Shown here piece after piece: positions 1-7,195 of a stretch of DNA of 26,412 bases; position 1 is the first letter of the stretch, and every line of letters begins with the position of its first letter. The stretch is from a virus (Duplodnaviria > Heunggongvirae > Uroviricota > Caudoviricetes), in IMG/VR virus record IMGVR_UViG_2529292890_000002, positions 1-26,412 of that record; one strand, 5' to 3'. Both the position numbers and the translations under genes were made by a program. The notes beneath the pieces are model-generated. The model had not been told where the DNA came from. It saw nothing but the letters and a program-made list of their open reading frames with translations, and searched no databases.

Positions 1-106
1 GGGGGGGGGGGGGTTTTTTTTATCAGGTACTTAGAAAAAATCCCTTATAAATCAACCCTTCTTGCAACAGCCATAAGCAGTTACAAGAAGGATATAGCGT
101 TACGGG

Positions 107-126
107 TGTAGACAAGATGTAGACAA
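107..126. promoter_or_regulatory. Tandem direct repeat TGTAGACAA (107-115 and 118-126), 11 bp apart, just past the int stop; candidate integrase arm-type binding sites of the attachment region
   Basis: Exact 9-bp repeat seen in sequence at one helical-turn spacing, starting about 5 bp after the int stop codon (132-134 on plus). Confidence 0.35.
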
Positions 127-131
127 CATTG

Positions 132-1112
132 TCACACCGCCAGCCCGCCGCCAAGAGGGTTTAACGTTACTGCGTGTTGCAGATAATCGGGGGCCAGGTG
201 AGCATAAACCATCGTCTGTTGTATGCTGGCGTGCCCAAGAATTTGCTGTAACGCAATAATGTTTCCCCCGTTCATCATGAACCAGCTTGCGAACGTATGC
301 CGAAGCACATGCGTGGCCTGCCCGCGTGGTAAATCGGGCTTAACCTGTCTGAGCCGTTCGCAGAAGTTTTCATAATCAACTTTGAACAGTGGCCCGGTGT
401 CGCTGGTCTTGATCTCTTTCTCCAGTTCTTCCGATATCGGAACCGTGCGTTTTTTCCCGTTTTTGGTCTTAAGGAACGTTACGCGCCCGTGATTTACCTG
501 CTCGCCTCGCAGCGTGCTTCCTTCGCCCCAGCGTGCGCCGGTGCTGAGGCATAGCAGTGCCACGCGTCGATCGTCGCCGGTCAGAGTATCCAGCAATTTG
601 CTGATCTCAGATTTAGCGAGATAAGTCATAGCTGGCGGCGCTTCTTTCAGTGGTTCCAGACCCTTACAGGGGTTTTCCTTCCTGAACTCTTCCAGCTTTA
701 TCAACGTGCTGAACATCCCGGATAAGCGGTAAATATCACGGTTGATCGTTGCTGCGCTGATACCGTCCTCCAGCCGTTGGCTTCGGTGCTGTGCAATCAT
801 TCGCTTGTTCAGTCGGTTAACGGCTGGATCACCCAGCGCCCTGATTGTTTTATTCAGGTGCCGCTTTTCAATCTCGCCATTTTCCTGAGTCTGTCCATAC
901 AGCAGCCACCAGGTATCTAACAACTCGCTTAAGGTGCGGCGGTCAACGCTCGCGCCCAGCCATTCCTTTTTGTCGGCGTTGGCTAATACATAACGCTCAA
1001 AAAGAACTGCCTCTTGTTTCTTCTCAAATCGCCTGCGGATACGTTTTCCGTTACGTCCGCGCGGCCATACGTCTACTTCATATTGACCACCTTCGAGCTT
1101 CTTAATCGACAT
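132..1112 (-). CDS. int: Tyrosine-type site-specific integrase (P2 Int-like)
   Basis: 326 aa ORF with ATG start and upstream GGAGGG SD; C-terminal catalytic region HVLRHTFAS...GHASIQQTMVYAHL (H-x-x-R, His, Tyr) and upstream TGARWGE arginine box; sits at the prophage end next to the repressor. Confidence 0.9.
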   Translation of the reverse strand: MSIKKLEGGQYEVDVWPRGRNGKRIRRRFEKKQEAVLFERYVLANADKKEWLGASVDRRTLSELLDTWWLLYGQTQENGEIEKRHLNKTIRALGDPAVNRLNKRMIAQHRSQRLEDGISAATINRDIYRLSGMFSTLIKLEEFRKENPCKGLEPLKEAPPAMTYLAKSEISKLLDTLTGDDRRVALLCLSTGARWGEGSTLRGEQVNHGRVTFLKTKNGKKRTVPISEELEKEIKTSDTGPLFKVDYENFCERLRQVKPDLPRGQATHVLRHTFASWFMMNGGNIIALQQILGHASIQQTMVYAHLAPDYLQHAVTLNPLGGGLAV

Positions 1113-1181
1113 AAGAAAGCCCTCCGGCGTTTATTTCCCCATCCTGATAACAGATAGTGAAAATGTAATGTTTATAAACAG

Positions 1182-1502
1182 TTAACCAGTTTGTTTCTCG
1201 GAGCGGTCTGATCCAGTTGACTCTGGCCCAATGTGTGCGAGGGCCGGTGCGATTTGACCAGCTTGAGGGGCGGTCTTATCTGTCATGAGCCAGAGCGTGT
1301 ATTTTGCGAAACGTGAATGCTGAGTGATTTTAAGCAAGATATCGCTACCAATACTCTCCACTCTTCCTGTCTCGTAATACTTCTGCGTGCCAGCAGGTAT
1401 TCCTGTTAATTCAAAGAATTGCTGCCTTGTTAACCCCTCCGCATCCCTGATAGCTCTGATTTTTTCACCCACGCCGCTTGACGGGGTAGGGATCTCTACC
1501 AT
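1182..1502 (-). CDS. C: Immunity repressor (P2 C-like, HTH)
   Basis: Start chosen at ATG 1502 (strong AAGGAG SD 6 nt upstream) rather than the track's 1541; N-terminal HTH-like segment LTRQQFFELTGIPAGTQKYYETG; C-terminus GQIAPALAHIG...SEKQTG resembles the P2 C C-terminus as recalled. Confidence 0.8.
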   Translation of the reverse strand: MVEIPTPSSGVGEKIRAIRDAEGLTRQQFFELTGIPAGTQKYYETGRVESIGSDILLKITQHSRFAKYTLWLMTDKTAPQAGQIAPALAHIGPESTGSDRSEKQTG

Positions 1503-1577
1503 AACATTCTCCTTAAGGGTGGTAATCTCTACCATTAGCAACCGCCAATATAAGCAGTTACAAGCCGAAATAAGCGC
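1492..1577. promoter_or_regulatory. Divergent early control region between C and cox with direct repeats (candidate operators / Cox boxes)
   Basis: 11-bp direct repeat ATCTCTACCAT at 1492-1502 and 1525-1535 (one copy contains the C start codon); ATAAGCA/ATAAGCG repeats at 1550 and 1571, 21 bp apart. Confidence 0.4.
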
Positions 1578-1602
1578 CTAGCGCCAACGGGGATTATGAC
1601 AC

Positions 1603-1884
1603 ATGACAGAGAAAGATTTAGAGGGGTTCATTGAAGTGCGTCACGCTGTTGACGCGGTTCCATACCCAAAATTTGCCGAATTGATCGGTAAGAAGCCCGC
1701 CACGGTTAAGAGCATGATTGAAGACGGTAAGTTGCCGATCATCCCGTGGAAGAACCCGGAAAGCCTGGGCGCCCGTGCTGAGAACTGGATCTATATTCCT
1801 GAGTTCAACCGCGCAATGCGTGACGCTTACTACAACCGTCCGAGAGAGCAGCGCGATGCTTGGTTGCTGTGGATCGGTCTTTGA
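1603..1884 (+). CDS. cox: Cox-like excisionase / early-promoter repressor
   Basis: 93 aa ORF divergent from C; PYPKFAELIGKKPATVKSMIEDGKLPII and C-terminal RDAWLLWIGL resemble P2 Cox as recalled. Confidence 0.7.
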   Translation: MTEKDLEGFIEVRHAVDAVPYPKFAELIGKKPATVKSMIEDGKLPIIPWKNPESLGARAENWIYIPEFNRAMRDAYYNRPREQRDAWLLWIGL

Positions 1885-1894
1885 GGTTATCGCG

Positions 1895-2098
1895 ATGAGC
1901 CAGAAAACAGCCAATCACGAAAACCGGGTGCGTGAATGTAACGACATTCTGGACACCCATTTAAAAGATATGCAAACAGGCTTCATGATTCGCACCAATA
2001 GCGGCGAGTTTATGATCAGGGATAAAAAGCTGATTAAGAAAATAACCAAAGACGTGGCCTGCCATGTTGATGGTGAATTGCTTAAATTGGGAATGTGA
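1895..2098 (+). CDS. Hypothetical small early protein
   Basis: ATG at 1895 with GAGG 8 nt upstream, in frame within track ORF 1718..2098; directly downstream of cox. No recognisable motif. Confidence 0.4.
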   Translation: MSQKTANHENRVRECNDILDTHLKDMQTGFMIRTNSGEFMIRDKKLIKKITKDVACHVDGELLKLGM

Positions 2099-2315
2099 GG
2101 GGGCTTTTGTGGCTGTGCAATTAATACAATTAAGTCGTCATTCATATTTATATCGTGGCTTCACTATTCAGAAATGCCCGCGTAATCCTTTTACGTTTAA
2201 GCACTCTTATCGTATTTCCAGCAATGGCGATTATTACGGGCGTGATTTTGCTTTAGCGGAAGCCATGCGCACGGTTGATCAGATGTATAAACAAGGGGGC
2301 AGTAATGCACGATGA
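2064..2315 (+). CDS. Hypothetical protein (weak ORF in AT-rich stretch)
   Basis: 83 aa track ORF overlapping both neighbours; no SD or motif identified. Confidence 0.2.
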   Translation: MLMVNCLNWECEGAFVAVQLIQLSRHSYLYRGFTIQKCPRNPFTFKHSYRISSNGDYYGRDFALAEAMRTVDQMYKQGGSNAR

Positions 2316-2535
2316 AGGCCCATCACTGGCGAGCCTGCTTAAGCACGGGTGCCAGGTTACACACTTCAAAAACTCACGCGGCTGGCTGGAAACACCAGAC
2401 GGGCAATTCTTTAAACCTGAGCCTAGCAAGGTTCAATTTATTAAGGGAATGAGTAAGCCCTTTGTTTATACGAAGAAGATAAACAAAGGATTGCTTTTTA
2501 ACCTTGTTAATTCTTTGAGAAATTTAATCGGCTAA
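2305..2535 (+). CDS. Hypothetical small protein
   Basis: ATG 2305 preceded by AAGGGGG SD; 76 aa; AT-rich by eye. Confidence 0.35.
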   Translation: MHDEGPSLASLLKHGCQVTHFKNSRGWLETPDGQFFKPEPSKVQFIKGMSKPFVYTKKINKGLLFNLVNSLRNLIG

Positions 2536-2629
2536 CAACGCCAGTTAAATAGTAATTAAAAAACTGTCTTCACTGTCGTCACTTAATTAAGTGATGGCGC
2601 TTTCACTCATCCTAAAAAGGATAAATAGC

Positions 2630-3064
2630 ATGTTTAATAAACTGTTTGGAAAAAAAGTAGCAGCGGCAAAAGTTGAACTTAAGAAAGTGGAAAATCGCGA
2701 TCTGATGGAAGCTATTGTCGGCGGTTGCCTTTTGGTATCTGCCGCCGATGGCGAGATCGAAAAAGAAGAAACCAGCAAGCTGGATCAGCTTATCCGCTCT
2801 AACCCGCGCCTTGCGCATTTCGGCAATGAAATCACATCCACCATCAACCGCTATACGGAACAGCTTGAAGCTGGCTTCCGCGTTGGCCGCATGAACATTT
2901 TGCGCGAAATCGACGACATCAAAAACGATCCGAAAGAAGCCGAAGAAGTCTTCGTCAACATGCTGACTATCGCCGAAGCGGACGGCCAGATCGAACCGGA
3001 AGAACAGAAGGTGCTGGAAGAGGTAGGGCGCCGTCTGGGGCTGCGTGTTGAGGATTATCTCTGA
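2630..3064 (+). CDS. TerB-like (tellurite-resistance TerB family) domain protein
   Basis: Start at ATG 2630 (MFNKLFGKK, AGGA SD upstream); two ADG-I-E-EE segments (AADGEIEKEE and AEADGQIEPEE) typical of TerB-family helical proteins as recalled. Confidence 0.55.
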   Translation: MFNKLFGKKVAAAKVELKKVENRDLMEAIVGGCLLVSAADGEIEKEETSKLDQLIRSNPRLAHFGNEITSTINRYTEQLEAGFRVGRMNILREIDDIKNDPKEAEEVFVNMLTIAEADGQIEPEEQKVLEEVGRRLGLRVEDYL

Positions 3065-3246
3065 TGCTGCGCGTGCTGGATTCACTACGTCCGGCGCTGG
3101 CCCTGCTGTTGGCCTTCATGGTCGTAGCAGTGGATTTCACCAGCTACCTGCTTTCGGTGATTGGCGACGCCTTCTTCGTTGGCGCTCTTCTTCTCCTTGT
3201 CTGGCCTGCCCTCAAGTCAGCTAACCAATCAGCGGATCACCAGTAA
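3064..3246 (+). CDS. Small hydrophobic membrane protein, translationally coupled to the TerB-like gene
   Basis: ATG overlaps the upstream stop (TGATG); 60 aa with two hydrophobic stretches (ALALLLAFMVVAV, FFVGALLLLVWPAL). Confidence 0.4.
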   Translation: MLRVLDSLRPALALLLAFMVVAVDFTSYLLSVIGDAFFVGALLLLVWPALKSANQSADHQ

Positions 3247-3288
3247 CAGATTGCCGGGGAAACCCGGCAATTTCTGAGGCTTCGAATC

Positions 3289-3501
3289 ATGACTAAACGC
3301 GATCAATATAACTTCATCCTGCACGTTCTCTTACCTGCTGTTGAGCGTGAAGGGCTGACGATTAAAACCCGACGCGATGGCGAGTTAACCCTTTCTTCTG
3401 ACGATCCCTCTGTTTCTTGCTTTATCGACGACATGCGCCAGCGCCTTACCACGGCGTTGCAGCGTCCGGCTGTTCCATCTTCCCCTTACGGAGTCCTGTA
3501 A
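3289..3501 (+). CDS. Hypothetical small protein
   Basis: 70 aa ORF with GAGG upstream; its stop lies 1 nt before the Dam start. Confidence 0.4.
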   Translation: MTKRDQYNFILHVLLPAVEREGLTIKTRRDGELTLSSDDPSVSCFIDDMRQRLTTALQRPAVPSSPYGVL

Positions 3502-3502
3502 A

Positions 3503-4474
3503 ATGATCCGCCCGTTCATCAAATGGGCAGGGGGTAAAACCCGTGTCCTCCCTGACCTGCTGCCGCATCTTCCTAAAGCTGACTGCCTGATCGAACCGTT
3601 CGTAGGCGGCGCATCGGTATTTCTGGCGACTGAATACCGCCGCTATGTGCTGGCTGATATCAACCAGGATCTTATTAACCTGTATCGGGAAGTCACCCGT
3701 TACCCGGACTTAGTGATCGATGCTGCCCGCGAATTGTTCAACAGTAAGAATAGCCCGCAGGGATACAACGAAGTCCGTGCCGCGTTCAATAAGCAGGTGG
3801 GTACGGTAAAAAGCGGTGGGTTGCGTTATGGCGCTGAAATGGCGTGCATTATGCGCGCTGCTCAATTCCTGTATCTGAATCGCCACGGTTATAACGGCTT
3901 ATGTCGATACAGCCGGAAGACCGGCTTTAACGTGCCGTTTGGCAAGTATAAGAGCGTCTACTTTCCTGAAAATGAAATCCGCCTGTTTTCCGAAAAGGCC
4001 AACGATACAAAAGCAATATTTCTTTGTGCGCCGTTCCAGCGTTCTCTACAGGTCGTCACGGGTGGCGATGTTCTCGTTTACTGCGATCCGCCTTACCTGC
4101 CTGAAAGCAAAACAGCCGATTTTACCCAATACCACACCGAACCATTCACGGAAGGCAACCACCGCCAGTTAGTCCAGGCACTGCTGGAAGTTAACCGTAA
4201 GCATGGCGTGAAGGTCGTCATTTCCAACAGCGATACCGAAGCCACCCGCGCGATTTATCAGCCCTTCAAGATGCACGAAATCAGCGTGCAACGTTCCATC
4301 AGCACCGACAAAGACAACCGCCAGAAGGCCAAAGAAGTGATCGGCGTGCTGCCTGTCTGCGACTGCTGCGGGCGTTACGGCGGCGGTTGCCCTGATTGTG
4401 GCGCCGTGATGGGTGATGCGACTTACAACGCGATGGTTGCGGCGGGCGCGTTTGACGATCTGGAGGCTTTTTAA
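3503..4474 (+). CDS. dam: DNA adenine methyltransferase (Dam-like, N6-adenine class) with Cys-rich C-terminal extension
   Basis: N-terminal FIKWAGGK, then EPFVGGASVF (AdoMet-binding) and catalytic DPPY; C-terminal CDCCGRYGGGCPDCG extension. Confidence 0.85.
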   Translation: MIRPFIKWAGGKTRVLPDLLPHLPKADCLIEPFVGGASVFLATEYRRYVLADINQDLINLYREVTRYPDLVIDAARELFNSKNSPQGYNEVRAAFNKQVGTVKSGGLRYGAEMACIMRAAQFLYLNRHGYNGLCRYSRKTGFNVPFGKYKSVYFPENEIRLFSEKANDTKAIFLCAPFQRSLQVVTGGDVLVYCDPPYLPESKTADFTQYHTEPFTEGNHRQLVQALLEVNRKHGVKVVISNSDTEATRAIYQPFKMHEISVQRSISTDKDNRQKAKEVIGVLPVCDCCGRYGGGCPDCGAVMGDATYNAMVAAGAFDDLEAF

Positions 4475-4653
4475 TGAATCTTATAGACGCCTGGATCGTT
4501 GAAATCATAAGCGTGAGTCGTGGCGAGATTGTGCCGTATTGGTTGGTTGAGGCGAAAGTAACAGCTTATGGAAGGGAGTCAATAACCACAATTCTGAAGA
4601 AATCAGAAGAGGAAGCCAAAGCCGTTAAAGTAGGGGATGTAGTTCAAATATGA
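4474..4653 (+). CDS. Hypothetical 59-aa protein, coupled between dam and A
   Basis: ATG overlaps Dam stop (TAATG) and its stop overlaps the A start (ATGA); translation MNLIDAWIVEIISV...DVVQI read by hand; not in the ORF track. Confidence 0.4.
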   Translation: MNLIDAWIVEIISVSRGEIVPYWLVEAKVTAYGRESITTILKKSEEEAKAVKVGDVVQI

Positions 4654-7037
4654 CCACGGAAACCCGTGGCCGTCGCGCCCCTTCTCCACCTCCACCGTAT
4701 CCGGGTAGCACTGACAATGCTATCCCTTACGCTTATGGCGGGAACAAACCATACCAGCCGATTGGCGTTGATGTAGCGCCGGGGCTGGATGGTTTCGACT
4801 ATCTCACGCCGGATGGCACGCGTAAGCATATTGCGTTCAGTGAACTGGTAGCGGAAGACGAAAAGCCAGAACGCAGTAAGCTGCTGCGTCGCCGTCTGGC
4901 TTCACTTCCGCAGTATGTTCGCCGCCACTTTGCCGCGAAGCTTGATGCGCTGGACGCGAAAGACCGTAAAGCGGCAGATCACTGGCTGGTTAATACCTTT
5001 GAGCGCCACGTATTAACTCGTATTGATAACGTAAACAGCATTTACCAGCCTGACAGCGTGATGCCCGGTATTCTGCTGCCTATCCGCGATCAGCTTTTCC
5101 GTATTCTCTGGGCGGGAAAAAAAGAGTTAAAAAGACTGGCTTATACGCTTGCCGATATCTTTACGAGCGAGTTTATACGCGAGTCCGATCACCAGTTGGC
5201 GCACACCGGCGATCCAGAGTTTGCGGCACTTTCTGGCTATGGTCGTATTGCGTCGCTGGCGGTGCATCTGAAAACGCCGATTCCCGGCTGGACAGCGTAT
5301 TGCAATGAAGAACTTGAAGCGGAGGACGCGTTACGCGCGGTTCTTCGTCTTGAGTCACCGCAGTGGTGGTTAAACCGCCTGCGTCGTATCCATGCCCGCT
5401 GGCGCGAGCATTTGATGATCGCTACGGGATACGTACAGGTGAAAGCCTCTCCGTACAGTAGCGCACCGTGTCTTACGGAATGGCTGGCCCAGAAAAAGGC
5501 TAACCGTGAATACCTCAAGGCTATGGAACTGGAGGATCAGGACACGGGCGAACGCATTTCACTGATCGATAAAGTCGCCGGCAGTGTTGCCAATCCGGCC
5601 AATCGTCGCCGCGAACTCATGACGAGAATGCGCGGATTTGAAGAACTGGCGAAGCTGGAAGGGCTGGCCGGTGACTTCTACACGCTGACAGCGCCTTCCC
5701 GTTATCACTCTATGCAGCACAATGGTCTTCGCAATAATAAATACCGTGGTGCGTCGCCGCGCGAGACGCAGCAGTATCTTTGCAAAGTCTGGGCGAGAAC
5801 CCGCGCCGCGTGGAAGAGAAAAGGTATCCGGGTCTTTGGCTTTCGTGTGGTGGAACCGCACCACGATGCAACGCCGCACTGGCATTTGCTTCTTTTTATG
5901 CGCCCGGAATGCGTTGAGCAGGCGCGTGAAATCTTCCGTAAACATGCCCTGAAAGAAGACGGCAACGAACCGGGAGCGCAGGAAAACCGCTTTCAGGTTG
6001 TGCCGATCGATGAAGCCCACGGCAGCGCTACCGGCTATATAGCGAAATACATTTCGAAGAATATTGACGGCTTCGCGTTGGATGGCGAGAAGGACGATGA
6101 AACCGGGGAAGATCTGAAAGAAATGTCTCTCCGCGTTAGCGCGTGGGCGTCGCGCTGGTCTATTCGCCAGTTTCAGCAGATCGGCGGTGCGCCGGTCACG
6201 GTATATCGCGAGCTTCGCCGCTTGGGCGATCGCGAACTGGTGTTACACCCTGAACTGGAAACCGCCCGGCAGGCCGCTAACGGTGGCGAATGGGATAACT
6301 ACGTATTAGCCCAGGGTGGCCCGTTGGTTGAGCGCGATAAGCTGCGCATCCGTCTGAATTATGAAACCACTGAAAACGGCAACGCCTACGGCGATAACGT
6401 CCAGCGAATCACCGGTATCTATTGCCCGCTTACGGGTAATAACTCTTTGATCTTCACCCGCACCACTCAATACAAAATCGTGCCGAAGCGTCAGAGCGCT
6501 GACGGTGTGGCCGTTGACGTTGGTTTTTCAGGCGGCAGCGCCGCCCCTCGGAGTTCTGTCAATAACTGTACGCGGGATCCCGCGGCAGGTGCTGACGGTG
6601 TTGAACATGCCGCCAGCGAAGCTAAAGAACAGTCAGGAATGACTGTGCCAGCTGAGGGCGTGACGGTGAATTTTGATGCGCTTTCACGGCAGGAAAAGCG
6701 AGAACTGGCGCAGCGGCTTAGTGACGATGTGCGAAGTAAGCGTAAAAAACGGCCACTGGAACGGGAAGAGGGGGCCGGGCTATCCGTGAAAGAGCAGCAG
6801 ATCAGTGAACTGCTGGCGCTGCGTGGGATTGATGCCAGCGCCGGAATGGTCAGATCGATGATTGCGGGTGCGTCAGTGGCGTGCGGCGATCTTGTTATGA
6901 CCGTGCAGGACGGGCGGCTGGTATCGCGCAACCGCGCAGCGTCCGGGCTGGATAAGCTACCGTCGCAGGTGATGGCGGCGAAGCAAAAAACAAGTGATCT
7001 TGTGAACAGGATGAAAGCAGCATTTTCGCGGAACTAA
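4650..7037 (+). CDS. A: Replication initiation protein A (rolling-circle nicking initiator, P2 gpA-like)
   Basis: 795 aa; HUH-type motif HWHLLLF and paired catalytic tyrosines YIAKYISK (Y-x-x-K-Y); sits between the early genes and the cargo/cos region as in P2. Confidence 0.9.
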   Translation: MTTETRGRRAPSPPPPYPGSTDNAIPYAYGGNKPYQPIGVDVAPGLDGFDYLTPDGTRKHIAFSELVAEDEKPERSKLLRRRLASLPQYVRRHFAAKLDALDAKDRKAADHWLVNTFERHVLTRIDNVNSIYQPDSVMPGILLPIRDQLFRILWAGKKELKRLAYTLADIFTSEFIRESDHQLAHTGDPEFAALSGYGRIASLAVHLKTPIPGWTAYCNEELEAEDALRAVLRLESPQWWLNRLRRIHARWREHLMIATGYVQVKASPYSSAPCLTEWLAQKKANREYLKAMELEDQDTGERISLIDKVAGSVANPANRRRELMTRMRGFEELAKLEGLAGDFYTLTAPSRYHSMQHNGLRNNKYRGASPRETQQYLCKVWARTRAAWKRKGIRVFGFRVVEPHHDATPHWHLLLFMRPECVEQAREIFRKHALKEDGNEPGAQENRFQVVPIDEAHGSATGYIAKYISKNIDGFALDGEKDDETGEDLKEMSLRVSAWASRWSIRQFQQIGGAPVTVYRELRRLGDRELVLHPELETARQAANGGEWDNYVLAQGGPLVERDKLRIRLNYETTENGNAYGDNVQRITGIYCPLTGNNSLIFTRTTQYKIVPKRQSADGVAVDVGFSGGSAAPRSSVNNCTRDPAAGADGVEHAASEAKEQSGMTVPAEGVTVNFDALSRQEKRELAQRLSDDVRSKRKKRPLEREEGAGLSVKEQQISELLALRGIDASAGMVRSMIAGASVACGDLVMTVQDGRLVSRNRAASGLDKLPSQVMAAKQKTSDLVNRMKAAFSRN

Positions 7038-7195
7038 GCCGATATAAGCCGCTCTAAGAAGCAATTACCCATTTTCCACACAATCGAAATAGTTATGACT
7101 TTCGCCGTTTTCTGCTTATAGTGTGCGCGCTTTTGTGTCATAACTAAGCTAATAATAAATGGCATTTCGCTTACACACGCAGTTAGGAGGCTCTT

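Noticed and set aside
5173-6931. Several minus-strand ORFs of 61-153 aa inside the A gene (5173..5358, 5237..5518, 5559..6020, 5705..5965, 6491..6931), and a plus-strand one at 5722..5952
   Set aside because: All lie within the long, well-supported A reading frame and have no ribosome-binding sites; typical antisense or off-frame shadow ORFs in GC-rich coding DNA.
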